Under the pieces are notes generated by a model. It saw nothing but the letters and a program-made list of their open reading frames with translations. It was not told the DNA's origin and searched no databases. A stretch of DNA of 64,000 nucleotides from Eledone cirrhosa (Eukaryota). The stretch lies in the NCBI GenBank assembly GCA_964016885.1, contig OZ024758.1, positions 8,370,001 through 8,434,000 on the forward strand, written 5' to 3'. The position numbers and the translations under genes were made by a program. This document shows, piece after piece, positions 11,905-25,582 of the stretch; the first letter of the stretch is position 1; each line of letters opens with the position of its first letter.

Positions 11905-14582
11905 GGTTGTGGTAGAAGATATGTAATAGTGATCATGATAATGGTACTTACCTCTTTCTTTTGGGTCTCTTCAACTTGTTTGATTTTCTCATTGAATTGG
12001 TTCTGTTTTTGTTCTAATATATCTACAAGATGGCATTTATTTAGGAAACAAAAATAGTATAAAAATGAATATAATTTGTAACTTGTACAGAGAGGCAAGT
12101 AAAATATATAAAAAATACAATACAATCAACATGTGAAAGAGGTCAATAAACCCTGTCATAGAACCTCTTCAGGCATACTTCTATTGCTATGTAGATGTCA
12201 GAAAGGTTAAAGTATTGGAAAAGAGTATAGTCAGTTAACCCTTTAACATTTACATTACTCTATAAATACTATCGTATTTTTGTGGTAAAAGCTTTATCTC
12301 GTTTAATTATCTCACGTAATATCGAATCTAGGAGATTTTGATGTGATTTATTTTGAGAATAATATCTTAACGTCAGTATGAGCAGCCGGTTACAGCCAGT
12401 TTCAATGCTAGCATGGGTTAGACAAGTTGTCAAGTTGTGAGACAAACCAGGTCAAATGACCGTGTCTTGCTCATTACAGAACTGATTCTGGCTTGGTTTC
12501 TATGGTTGGATGTAATTAACTATTATAAGCTATTTTCTCCAGGGCTCAACTAATTCTGTCATTTACTAATAACAATAATGATTGCTTCCAATTTTACACA
12601 AGGACACTAACTGGGAGGGCAGGGTTTATGTTATCAATCCTGGTATTTGATTGGAACTTATTTTATCAACCCTGGGAAGATGAAAGGCAAAGTCCAATAT
12701 GATATTATTATACAAAAAACTTATCGTAAGTTATTATATTAGGAACAAAATAATTAATGACTTGAGTAAATCCTTCAAAATTCTGCATTAATTAATCGAA
12801 AGAGAGTATATTTCATTATACAGTCACAAAAGGGTTAAAGTAAGATTTTGAAAAGATGACCCCGTTCCTCAATATATTATGAACCTTACAATAAAAATGC
12901 AATTACTGCCCGGTTACTTATGACTTATGCTGTATTCTCATAGACAACAGATGTTGGTTGACTCAGATAAAATATAAATAAAACATTGTTAATGATATTC
13001 ACTTGTCAAAGTTAATTGTTCATAAAACAACTGCTAACAATGTAATTTGGGTAAGTAACTAGTAAGATAATAAAGCTTAGCTAAGTTGTAAAACTGATAG
13101 AGTATGGGACCCACACACAGAAACTGATATAAATTTCATAGAAATACAGTGGAACTTTGGTTCACCAACTTAATTCATTCCTGAAGGCCGTTTGTCACCT
13201 GAAATGTTTGTAAACCAAAACTATTTGTCCCATACAAAATGTTGAGAGAGAAATACAGTGAGAGAGAGAGAGAGACTGTGTGAAAGACAGATAGATATCA
13301 CCATAGTAACTAACTATACAGCAAGAGATACTTTACTGCCGGTACTCCCAGCTTGTTGCCAACCATTGTTGCAGGCTTACGTGTTCATTACTCAAGAAGC
13401 TGCTCATGAACCGAGATGTTTTATGTTCGGAAAAATTGTTTGTGAGCCTATTTGTTCGTGATGGGATACGTTTGTGAACTGAGGTTCCACTGTAGATGGC
13501 TAAGTAAGAAACTCATAAGTGGCACAAGGCCAGCAATTACCCCAGTGCATTGCTGGTACTTTATTTTATCATCCCCGTAAGGATGAAAGGCAAAGTTAAC
13601 CTTGGCGGGATTTGAACTCAGACCACAAAGGGCCGTAACTCTATGCTGCAAAGCATGCTAGCATAGGAAAATGAACGTTAATTGGTGATGATGATGATGA
13701 TGATGAATGTGTGAAATTTTTAATATCTACCCTTTTTTTGAGCTTCTTTTAATTCTATTTCTGAATGTAAACAAACAATACGTTCTTTCAATTCAAAGAC
13801 TTGCTCTTGAATAGCACAGCATTTGGCTTCAGAATCAGACAGCTAAAAGGCAAAATCAAATAACTTTAATTTCCAAAAATTAAAACAAAAACAATATCAG
13901 CATTTCTTATGGTACAGGAAATAGATTAGTTATTTGACTGTCTAAATAGACAGCAAAAATGTTTAACTATATAAAATAACAAGTAAGGATGTTTTTGAAA
14001 CTGAGCAGGTTTGAAATTAGAAATAGAAGCTTTCGCTGTATTTTTTTACTAAAGAATTTAGAATCCTCTAAGAAATGGAAAAAGATGAGTATTGACGTAC
14101 ATGTATGTCAATACTCATCTTTTTCCATTTCTTAGAGGATTCTAAACACCACGATCAGGTTAATATTTCTTTAGTCAAAAAATATGGCGAAAGCTTCTAT
14201 ATATGAAATAGAATTGTTTATATGAAACATTGTGAGTGAAATATGTGGACAGAATAGTTTTGGGAAAGCACAGCTTGCCATCACAATCACACACCATTTC
14301 CTTCTTTTGAAAAAGGGATTCTAATCCTGAAATATGAAATATAAGGTAATGATGATGGATATTAAATAACAATGATGATAATGATGTGAGGGATGTGTGA
14401 TTAAACCTTGGCTTAGCAACTTAACAAAAGTAGCCTTTAATTTACCAACTACAAAAGAAAATATGTTACTCACCTTATATTCCAGTTGAGTGTTTTTACT
14501 ATTGGTTTCACTCAAATCCTTAACTAGGATTTTTTCTTTATTATGAAAATCCTGTGAAATAAATAGGTAGGCACTCATATAC

Positions 14583-14629
<47 letters not shown>

Positions 14630-17600
14630 GTAGACACTCATATACTATAAATATATATATATATATATACGTAGACACTCATATACTATAAATATATATA
14701 CACAGACACTCATATACAATAAATATATATATATGTAGACACACATGTACTATAAATATATATACATACTTAGACACACATATACTATAAATATATATAC
14801 ATACTTAGACACACATATACTATAAATATATATGTATAGATAGACACTCATATACTATAAAAGTACAATGTATGCATAGACACTCGTATACTATACATAT
14901 ATAATGTGTATGATAGTTAAATTAGTTTTAACATATTTTATGCAAGGAGAATTAAAAATTAACTAGAATTAAATATACAAAATACTAGAATTAAATTGTG
15001 AAGGCACATGACTTAGTGGTTAGAGAATTGGGCTTGTAATCAGGTGGTGTGTTGTCAGATGGAGTAGAGGCTGACATTTGTGTGCGTCTATGGATATAAT
15101 GTTTATATGTGTATATGCATGTATATGTATATATATATGGAGGTACATGGCTTAGTGGTTAGAGCATTGGCCTTGCAATCGAAAGGTTGTGAGTTCAATT
15201 CTCAGACTGGGTGATGTGTTGTTTCCTTGAGCAAGACACTTTATATTATGTTGTTCCAGTTCACTCAGCTGTAGAAATGAGTTTCAATGTCACTAATGTC
15301 AAGCTGCATTGGCCATTGCCTTTACCTTGGACAATATCAGAGGCAGAGATGATTATGCTGGTGTGGCAAGCCACATGTATTCTAGTCATTAGAAAAAGCA
15401 AATTGAATGTTTCACTTTTGAAAGAGGGATGACTGAGAAGAAGAAGAAATAAATACAGAGTGTACGGGCAACATTTTATCATGGTCATCATGTCATTGAC
15501 ACAGCTAAAGAGTCCCTAACTCTTTGTTTGGCAAGTTTTCTATGGCTGGATGCCCTTCCTATCATCAACCACTTTACAGAGTCTACTGTATGTATTTCAT
15601 CATGGTATCAATACTATATGTATCTGGTACCATGATAAAATGTACCCAGCCCACCCTGTAAAGTAGTAGTGCTGGTGCCATAACAAAAAGCAACCTATTA
15701 CCACTGTAAGACAATAGTGTTGATCCCATGACAAAAAGCACAGTCCACTCTATAAGACAATAGTGCTGATACCATGACAAAAAGCACCCAGTCCACCCTG
15801 TAGAGCTTGAGCTGCAATAAAACGCTCCTAGTATATGCTGTAAAGTGGTTGATATTAGGAAAGGTATCCAACCATACTAACCATATGCCTAATACATGCT
15901 ATAAAGTGGTTGGCATTAGGAAAGACATCCAGCCATAGAAAACTTGCCAAACAAAGAGTTGAGGGGACTGTTTAGCTGTGTCAATGACATGAAGATCATG
16001 ATAAATTGCTGCCCGTACACTCTGTATAACAAAGCCCAAAACAGAGCAGTCTGGCCCCAGTACGTCTAACCTATGCAAGCATGAACAATAGATATTAAAT
16101 GGTGATGATGATGATAACTGTAAAACCAGTACTTACTTCTCTTTCTTGATGTGATTCTTCTTGAAACCGAGATTTCAAACGAGAAAGTTGTTCCTGTAAC
16201 TCTTTTATATATTCTTCTTGACTTGAAGACTTCTGTTTCAGGAGAGTTAATTCAGTTTCTGTTTGAGTATACCTTTAAACCAATAAAAATGTTCATGTTA
16301 TGAATCTCTTCTACAAAATAACCAAATAATAAAACTGACTCACAATTTGAACTCAGAAAGTAAAATTAACAATTAAAGTAAGGTATTTCCTAGCGTCGAA
16401 GACGCTACTTTTTTCCTAAAATAAGTCTCAAAACTCTACCATATGTCCTGGAGGCCGAAAGTTGTTTATTATTGTTTTTCAAATTTTGGTTGTCAAAATT
16501 AGGGTGTGTCCTCGAGGACAAAGCGTCTTCAGTGCCAGGAAATACGGTAAATGATATATTTAAATTTAAAAAAAAGAAAAAGAACAAAAGCAAAAAATGG
16601 AATTGCCAACTTGTGAAATTAACGTGTAAATGACTGAGTATTACACAAGCATGTGTACTCTTAACATAGTTCTCAGGGAGATTCAGTGTGGCAAAGAATA
16701 TGTGACAAAACAGGTCCTTTGAATTACAGACGCAACTCATTTTTGACAGCTGAGTGGACTGAAGCAACAGGAAATAAAATGTCTTGCTCAAGGATACAAC
16801 ATGTCACCTAGCCCAAGAATTAAACCTTATAATGATGAGCCCAAAACCTTAACCAATAGGCCATGTACTTTAGATAAATATAAATCATGATAGTAATTAA
16901 GTTTGTTGTTCAACAGACTTATAATGAAAGACATTCTAGCCATGACCTGCCTGCCTTTGTTTTAGAGAAAGTACCCAGTACATGCTATAAAGTGTTTGGT
17001 ATTAGAAAGGGCATCCAGCTGTAGAAAACTTGCCAAACAATGGGTTAGGAAGACCCTTCAGTTTGTGTCAAAAGACATGACAACTTCTCCTCTTCAACCA
17101 TAAATAAGCAACATACAAACTCCTCGGAATGATGAATGACAAAGTTTACCTCAGCTGCATTTGAACTCAAAACGTACTATACTGGTACTTTTTTTATCGA
17201 CCTGTAATGATGCCGGCAGTCAGAGAGCTGAAATAAATATCGCCAGGCATTCTATCCGACTTCCTAATAAATAACGTGATTTACTTTCAAATAAGAACAG
17301 ATTATTTAACAAGGTAGATTACTTTTGATTGCCTTGTATTTACAAAGTTACCTCCCTTCTCACTTTTAAGTATTAAAAAAGAACAAAAAAAAAAGCAAAC
17401 GTTAACTTACTTTGAGAAAAGTTCATTGAATGCTCCATTTTTTTCTTTGAGTGTTTCTTTTAGATACATTAACTGTTGGCATGCATTTCTGAAAACAGTT
17501 AAAATTTAACCATTTAGTTACAATATTTCCAATCAAATACACTATCCACATGTTATAATGAATTTTGAAAACAAGCAAGAGTTTAGGAGTTTACAGGTAC

Positions 17601-18009
17601 ATACATGCATTCATATCATCAAAAGGTTACAGACTGTTCCTTTCAGAGAAATTCTCTAGGTTAAATGATAGCAAAGTTTAAAAGAGAAAAAAAAATGGGA
17701 AATAATGAATAAAACTCAATTAAATATTACCTTTTTTCACTGTGTAAATGTTCTTGTGCATGGGATAATTTGTCCATCAAATTTAACACCTGTGTAAAAT
17801 AATAATAATAATAATAATAATTGTTTCTACTTTTGGCACAAGGCCAGCAATTATCCCAGTGCATGACTGGTACTTTATTTTATCGACCCCGTAAGGATGA
17901 AAGGCAAAGTTAACCTCGGCGGGATTTGAACTCAGATCATAAAGGGCCGTAACTCTTTGCTGCAAAGAATGGCGTCCGACTCTCTACCGACACTGCCAAT
18001 CCACCGCCC

Positions 18010-18058
<49 letters not shown>

Positions 18059-21000
18059 TTTCTAGTATAGGCACAAGGCCAGTAATTTAGGGGAGGGGAA
18101 AGTCGATTAAATCGACCCCAGTGCATTACTGGTGCTTTATTTTATCGACTCCGTAAGGATGAAAGGCAAAGTTAACCTCAGCGGGATTTGAACTCAGATC
18201 GTAAAGGGCCATAACTCTATGTTGCAAAGCATGGCGTCTGACTCTCTATCGATACTACTAAACCACCGCCCTAAAAATAGCTGTGCCGCCACCACCGTCA
18301 AACTATGGAAAAAAATTACCTGCTTTTTATTGTCACATTCTAGCTGACGATAATGCTTACACAAAATATGAGTTTTATGTTTACTGTTGGTTTTCATAAG
18401 TTGAAGCTTCTGATTGCACAGAAAAGAAGATTCTACAATATAAATTGAAAATAGTCTAAAGTATTTCAATATAAAAAATATAAAACAATTGGAATTGTCC
18501 TCTCATTGGGAAGACAACTCTACAAGATCAATACCTGAATGTGAACTATTGATTTCTGTTTTAGTAATTAATTTTATACCTGTTTCACTTTCCTAATGAG
18601 TATCTAAACATACAAGGGTCGGCTGAAAACTTCAGAGGGTGACTATGAAGGACTGATGCTAGACCTGTGAAATCTTACACGCATAAATTTCAACTCTTCT
18701 TAATAATAACTGCATTGTTTTTTTCCAAGGACTATGTTGAAAAAATAAACCTCGTTTGGTCATTTGATGAGAGTATCTTGGTCAGACTATGAACTTTTCA
18801 GTCAACCCTCGTACAGCTAAAATAAGATCAAAGTTGCTAACTGGGAGTCTTCTTGCTTTCTCTGTAGCAATACCTGATATTTTTATGAACTCAGAAATTT
18901 TCTTTATGATATTTTTTCATGTTATATATGTCAGGTTTACTATGGCTGAATGTCCTTCTTATCACCAACCCCTTTAAGAGTGGCAGATGATCAACTATTA
19001 ATTTGACAATGGGTTGGCACAACTGCTCCAGTTAACAGAGAAGTCTATGAGTATGCATGTGTGGCGAGCCACATATATTCTAGCCATTAGAAAAGGCAAA
19101 ATGAATGCTTCAGCTTCAATGGAAGGATGACTCAAGAAGAAGAAGAGAAGACTCATGGTACCAACACTTGAGAGTTTGCCTTGGGACTCACAAAACTGTG
19201 TTGTCTCCATTCAACCAAGCATATACAATTCATTTATACATTTATTCAATTTTTTCAAAATACTGCACTTCAATAAATACTTCCCTTATATCTCACCGAT
19301 ATCATCATCATCGTTTAACGTCCATCTTCCACACTAGCATGGGTTGGACGGGTTTGTCCCACTTGAGGCAAGATTGGTCGGGTGACCATGTCACGCTTGT
19401 ATAGAACTGTTTCTGGCAGGTTTTCTACAACTGGATGCCCTTCCTAAGGCCAACCACATTTATACTGGGAGCCTTTTTACTGTGTCTCCTACATGACCAC
19501 TTTATGGTGTGGACTGGGTACTTTTTGATATAATAATTATATTTCTGAAATAGTTTTCACCAGTTAGTTATTTTTTTTAATGAAATCATAGAAAATTTAT
19601 ACCTACCAATAGAATAAACAATATCACAGGGAATGTCATTACCAGCCAGGTCTATTTTTAACAAAGTTTTATTGACATGGAGAAGATCAAGCAGAGCACG
19701 TCCTCCTATTAAACCAATCTTGTTCCATTTTAAATCTGAAAAGGAATTAGTAGATGATTATATATTCAAATAATACATTTGGAAAGGTTTTTAAAAACTT
19801 TTTAATAATTTACTAATAATTGTTTCTACTTTTGGCACAAAGCCAGCAATTACTCAGTGTATTACTGGTACTTTATTTTATCGACCCCGTAAGGATGAAA
19901 GGCAAAGTTAACCTAATTTTAAAAGTTTACTAATAATGTTTCATAGACTCTGTAAAGGAGTTGGCATTAAGAAGGACATCCAACCAGGGAAAGCATCTAA
20001 GTCTGTCTCAAGCCCCATCTCACCAAAAGAGTATAACAATAGTTTAATTTGACGAACCATAAAATAACTGCAAGCAGGAATAGCTCTTCCAGCACGTCTC
20101 TCTCACCATCCTCTGGGGCAACACTTTCTCTATTCTGTCCACTGGGACTGTGGGGCAGCCAGTGTGTGGGCTCCCATTTGCTCATAATAGTGTGAGATGG
20201 GGAGAGCAGGAGAGATGGAGGCAATGACAGTGGGAGTTTGGTTCCTTTGTGTTCAGACCTGGTGTACATGTATATATTTCACGGAGACACACTCATACTG
20301 TTTTCAGTATTCCTGTTTCGTTTCAATTTTTTCCAAATGTTTTTCTTGAATGGTAATACACTGCCAACTTCTTTGGAAAGTTAATTTACAGCAAACTAAT
20401 GTCTTATCCAGAGATATTTGTCTCACATCAGCTTAACATCATTGATGATAATTATAAATATGTACCTTATATACTTAAATATAAGCTGATCTGAATATAA
20501 ACACCCCTCCTCCTTATCTTATGTCTGAGTAGTGGGCAAAAATCCCAACCCCATTTATAAGGCGAGGTACTTAATCAACACATTATGTTTAGATGGTGAA
20601 TATAAGCCGATTCCCCCACATTTTACCATTGATATTTTTTTCTGTCACATATTCCTCAGTTCATATTCAAGTATATACAGTAAATCATATCTAGAATTAC
20701 GTAAACGAATACTACAATTACTTACCAAGAATTTGAAGGGTTTTGTTTGTTGATAGTACTTCTGACAACTGCTTGGCTCCATGGTGGGTGATCTGATTAT
20801 TTCTGAGATCAAGCTGCTTGAGACTGGTGTTTGCTTGAAGTCCATCACAAAATACAATGAACTCTGATTCCAGCATGCCAACATCATTCCATTCAAGACA
20901 AAGACTTAATGCATGTGGATACAAAAATTCATTTAGTAAACAAAAGAGAAATGTTCAAGAGAAACTGTCAAAATAATTATACTGTTTACTCTAAACTGCC

Positions 21001-24000
21001 AATATTTTCCAGGAAACATTGTCATTAAATTGTTATATTGGTGTCAAGACAAAAAGTACCCAGCCCACACTGTAAAGTGGTCATGTGGGTGTCATGACAA
21101 AAAGTACCCAGTCCACACTGTAAAGTGGTCATGTGGGTGTCATGACAAAAAGTACCCAGCCCACACTATAAAGTGGTCATGTGGGTGTCACAACAAAAAG
21201 CACCCAGCCCACACTGTAAAGTGGTCACGTAGGAGTTATGACAAAAAGCATCCAGTACACACTGTAAATGTGGTTGGTGTTAGGAAGGGCATCCAGCCAT
21301 AAAAACTCAACCAGAAGCAGTTGTGTATGAGCAAGACACAGTTACCTGACCCGTCTTGCCTCAAACAGCACAAGCCGTCTAACCCATACTAGCATGGAAA
21401 ATGGATGTTAAAATTCTTGGTGGTTGGTTGTGATAAGTTATTATTGAAATTGTATATGGACTGAATTCCTAACTGATAAGTTAGGAATCTAAACATGTAG
21501 AGGAACAATTGTACATGTTTCACTATTTCAGATTTTATTGCTTTAACACTCATTAGAATTAGTTAATGTCATATACGAGGAACTAAATAATGGCCAATTA
21601 AAAGTTTTAAAAAAATCACCTGTATAAATAGTTGTTGTTTCGAAGCATGTACCCCAGGGTTTCAACAGAGTTACCTCTTACTTGATTTCCCTGTGGAGAC
21701 AAAGAATAAAAAAATCATCATCATCATCACCATCTACCACTACCACCATCACCACCATCTACCACCACCACCATCAGCACCACCACCACCATCATCATCT
21801 CTGTTTAATGTTCCTTTTTCCACACTAGCGTGGGTTAGACAAGTTGTCCCATTATAAAACACATCAGATCACGTGACTGTGTCTTGCTGATACAGAACTG
21901 TTTCTAGCTTGGTTTCTATAACTGGATTCCCTTCCTAATGTCAACCACATTTACAGTGTGGACCGGGGGCTATATATACTGTATATACTGTACATGTGTA
22001 TTATTATTATTAGCTCATGCTTTTTTATCACCAATACGTGATTAAGAAAGAAATTAAAAACATGATCATCATCATCATCGATTAATGTCTATCTTTCATT
22101 CTAGCATGGGTTAGACGGATTTATCCTATTTAGAGGCAAGTTGAGTCGGGTGACCGTGTGTTGCTCATATAGGAGTGTTTCTGCTGGTTTTCTACGGCTG
22201 GATGCCCTTCATATTAACATTATCAGTATAGTAAAAACCAAGATAATTCAACAAAAGGAGCTTAAGCACCGGAAGGTTTGAAATGTAGCAATATTAATAT
22301 AATTTATATTGTTTGTAGTTAATATTATCTTGTAAAGAGAGAGTTGGATCTCTTAGGCTTAAGAAACAACTTACTTTTAGATTTAGCTTTCTAACAGAAG
22401 TATTAGTGGCCAATCCATTGAGTATTGCTTGCATCCCTGAAATACAGCAAATATTGAATACTAAATATAAGTTACTACTAGAAGTATGTAGAACTAGTAA
22501 TATTAGTGTAAACACAAATATGATTAGTGTTACCACACACATAAAAATGAACACAAGGAAGGTTGTTGGTAAGTTTTTTTTATCAGAAAAATGTGAAAAA
22601 TATGAGTACTATTTTGTTTTAAGAAGAACATTTGAGAATAACAGATATGTAGATGGCTTTGTTCAATAAAATGTCTGTTCTGATAAAAGTTTCTAGTTTA
22701 GGAACAGCGCCAACAATTTGTGGGGAGTTAAATCAACGCCAGCACTTGATAGGTATTTTATTAACCTCAGTACTTGACTGGTACTTTATTCTATCAACCC
22801 CAGTATAGCTTTAAAATAACAACAAATAGTGTTTTGTTGAACTGTAGTTTATTGTGTGACAAACATTTATAAAGTAGGGAAAAATCTATCCCTAAAGTCC
22901 AGGTTTTGTTAGCTGCCTAACCGGAAATCCCTTCACTGCTAACCAGTTCAATAATCAGTCAGAAGTAAAGTCCCTTCAGTTTCCCTTTACAAGCTTGTGT
23001 CAGGGCTCTACCCCAGTACTTGACTGGTATATTATAATATCATCTCCAGAAGGACGAAAGGAAAAGATAAACATGGTTGGGTTTAAACTCAGAATGTAAT
23101 GAGCTCGAAAAATGTTTCAAATCCTCTGTCTGACATTTTAATGATGAAAGTAAAATACAATACAAAGGCTTTCTGTATCATCATCATCATTTTTACGTCC
23201 ATTTTTCCATGCTTGGGTTGGACAGGTCCTTCTCAGCACAGCATCTTTCCAATGGCTGCGCTCCTTTGCTATCTGCTCAGTGAGTCTCAGCGAGTTGTAT
23301 AATGGTTGTATTAGTTTGGTGGTGTTAAGATTGAGGGATATGGTTTGATTAGCTACAAGGGCCAGCTAAAAAGTTCATAGGCTGACCAAGATCTATCATG
23401 GAATGACCAAATGAGGTTTATTTTTCAACATAGTCCCTGGAAAGAAACAATGCAGTTGTTAATAAAAAGAGTTGAAACTAATGCAGGCAAAATTTCCAAT
23501 CTCTAGCACCACTCCTTCATAATCAGCCTTTGTACTTTTCAGCCAACCCTCATAGCTGGGTGAAGGGAAGGGTAGAATGGTGTTAGTTAAGAGTGAGCGA
23601 TATGCTTTGATTTAAAAGCCAGCCAGGATAGAATGATAGAAAAGAAGGATGGAATGACATTATAAATGGTACATACCTTCTGAACATAGCATACAGTCTG
23701 AGAATTTTAATTCAACAATACTTTCATCAAAAGACAGAGCTTTGCCAATGATGTCACACATGTCAGCACTAATACTCATATGAGACAAGTCAAGCAACAA
23801 AGTGTCATTTCTATAAGACAAAGAAATTTTTTTTAAACCTTTAACCCTTTAGCATTTACATTACTCTCTATATATATACTATGGTATTTTCATGATAAAC
23901 ACTTTATTTCACATAATAACGAATCTACAAGATTTTGATATTATTTATTTTGAGAAAAATACCTTAATGTCAGTATGAACAGCTGGTTACGGCCAGTTTG

Positions 24001-24753
24001 AACAGAAAGAGGTGAGAGAATTCTGGCTGGATACAGCCGGTTTAAATGCTAAAGGGTTAAGTTTAAACAATAGCTATTTAAAACCATTGATGCAGCACAC
24101 ATTATTGTATTAGTTTGTGATGTTTGATAACAACAGTTATATATTAACACAAGTTAAACTGTCATTACTTCCAAAATCAAAAATCCAGGGCCTCACTCTC
24201 GTTGGAGGAACCCATCCTTGGTTGACCTCCACTGATTTCTATCTTTGGCTATATTGGACCATGTGGGTTATTACTCGAACTGTTAGAATTAACAACAGAA
24301 TTTTTCTCATAATATACTACCACTTTAACTCTTATTCTGTAATGAATAATTTAGCAGATATCATCATCATCACGCCACAGTGGCCAGGTCTCGCTGCCGT
24401 ACAACATTGCTGTTCATATACATGCATCATACAGTCTGATTTTACTATATGCCAACCCAAGAGCAAGAATGACGGAGTCATTCTACTGACATGGCTTTAA
24501 AGAGGCTGTTTGCAAACAAATCGAATATTATTATTAATATTCGAAAAACACAGATTACATATATTGTATTCAGCCATGTAGAGCAATAAACTATTTGTTT
24601 GTTATACATATATAGATTGAGAAATGAAATACTAGAGAACAATGAATGACAAAAGAATGTTACTTACCTTGGAAGTCTTTCTAAAAGTTCAGTATCTGGT
24701 TTCAGATTCTTTTCTTTACAGAGTCTCAAGAACAGACTGAAGAACATATTCAT
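3984..24753 (-). CDS. LRRC45: Leucine-rich repeat-containing protein 45 (centriolar LRR + coiled-coil protein), 17 coding exons, ~641 aa
   Basis: Hand-spliced GT-AG exons in transcript order: 24753-24668, 23810-23677, 22436-22375, 21690-21620, 20904-20726, 19735-19607, 18432-18320, 17789-17731, 17488-17411, 16272-16137, 14551-14474, 13842-13731, 12022-11952, 7684-7499, 6612-6502, 5517-5370, 4156-3984. Phases are consistent and the total is 1926 nt ending in TGA. Translation [16 protein letters not shown]...[12 protein letters not shown]...LNLKGNQVRG...LCLEWNDVG...[26 protein letters not shown]...[17 protein letters not shown]...IDLAGNDIP, then coiled coil ending [11 protein letters not shown]; this matches vertebrate LRRC45 as I recall it. 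Confidence 0.93.
4861..5310 (-). mobile_element. RTE-clade LINE 3' fragment with (GAT)n tail
   Basis: [20 protein letters not shown]...[10 protein letters not shown]...RGRPRKTW, followed by a short-repeat tail. Confidence 0.9.
5955..6140. repeat. 10-bp-unit tandem repeat
   Basis: GCAGTTCTAT-like units. Confidence 0.85.
7003..7361. mobile_element. Two tRNA-derived SINE copies in inverted (head-to-head) orientation
   Basis: + copy 7177-7361 has A-box-like TGGCAGTATCAG, B-box-like GTTCAGATCC and a 3' end CTGGCCTTGTGCCAAAAGTAGAAAC; - copy at 7003-7176. Confidence 0.8.
10021..10208. repeat. CA-rich compound microsatellite
   Basis: (CA)n/CATG units; source of several spurious His/Thr and Cys/Val ORFs. 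Confidence 0.9.
13147..13492. mobile_element. Tigger/pogo-like MITE
   Basis: TA TSD; TIRs CAGTGGAACTTTGGTTCAC / GTGAACTGAGGTTCCACTG. Confidence 0.75.
14570..14900. repeat. TA-rich minisatellite
   Basis: GTAGACACTCATATACTATAAATATATA... units repeated. Confidence 0.85.
15139..15335 (+). mobile_element. Second tRNA-derived SINE family
   Basis: TGGCTTAGTGGTTAGAG...GAGTTCAATTC...CTTGAGCAAGACACTTTA; related copies at ~28298-28490, 39860-40130 and 42836-43110. Confidence 0.75.
17821..18271 (-). mobile_element. Two tRNA-derived SINE copies separated by (AAT)n
   Basis: Same family as 7177-7361 and 24963-25149 (B-box GTTCAAATCC on - strand). Further copies at ~13521-13655, 19821-19913, 27258-27415, 32494-32722, 57259-57412 and 58095-58206. 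Confidence 0.85.
18613..18811. mobile_element. Tc1/mariner-like MITE
   Basis: TA TSD and imperfect TIR CRAGGGTYGRCTGAAAA; other copies at 23356-23552, ~4199-4510 and ~46964-47130. Confidence 0.8.
23845..24056. mobile_element. piggyBac-like MITE
   Basis: TTAA target duplication and 14-bp TIR CCCTTTAGCATTTA; related ends at ~3548-3757, 12236, 34906-35123 and 63842. Confidence 0.8.
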
Positions 24754-24962
24754 TATTCAATTGATTGTCTAAATATTTGTCCAAGTGGTCAGATTTCTTA
24801 TTAATGCTGTTAAAAATTAAAATTGGGAATTATATATAAAACACGACAAAACAACAACAGAAGTTGCATCATTATTGTTAGAATTAGTACCAGTAATGTA
24901 CTGGGTATTTGCTGGCCTTGTGCCTAAAGTAGAAACAATTATTGTTAGAATTGTTAGAATTA

Positions 24963-25149
24963 CGGTGGATTGGCAGTATCGGTAGAGGGTCGGACGCCAT
25001 GCTTTCCAGCATAGTTACGTCCCTTTACGATCTGAGTTCAAATCCCGCCGAGGTTGACTTTGCCTTTCATCCTTCCGGGGTCGATAAAATAAAGTACCAG
25101 TAATGCACTGGGCAATTGCTAGCCTTGTGCCAAAAGTAGAAACAATTAT
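24963..25149 (+). mobile_element. Full-length tRNA-derived SINE
   Basis: GGTGGATTGGCAGTATCGGTAGAG...GAGTTCAAATCCCGCCGAGG...AAAATAAAGTACCAG...GTAGAAACAATT; its tail is duplicated just upstream (24886-24950). Confidence 0.85.
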
Positions 25150-25267
25150 TGTTAGAATTACCATATATACTCAAATATAAGCTGACCCCTATTTTATGTC
25201 TGCGAAATGGGTAGAAATCCAAACCCCATTTATAAGCTGAGTCAGCTAATTAACACATTGTTTAGAA

Positions 25268-25582
25268 CAAGGGTGTGCAACATATTCCATTGGCAGGCCG
25301 CATTTGAACATTACAACTATTAGGGCTATTAATATTTATTAAGCACTATTCCAAAGATTCACTACAGCTTCTTTCCATAACATGGAACTGGGAAATTATA
25401 ACACACATAACCCTATCGGTGAAGCCCTTTAGTATAGGTCAACTAACAGGAAATTGTATTACGGTTACGAAAAATATTCTAAATATGTCTACAAGGTAAA
25501 AATTAAAAACAGTCATCGCGGGCCACTCTGACTGGTCTGGCGGGCGGGGTTGTGGTCGCAGACCGCCTGTTGCACACCCCTG
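25268..25582. mobile_element. hAT-type MITE nested in a Tigger-like element
   Basis: TIRs CAAGGGTGTGCAAC / GTTGCACACCCCTG; 8-bp TSD GTTTAGAA/GTTTAGAT. Confidence 0.85.

Noticed and set aside
15139-15210. tRNA gene-like A/B boxes
   Set aside because: Head of a multi-copy SINE; no complete cloverleaf.
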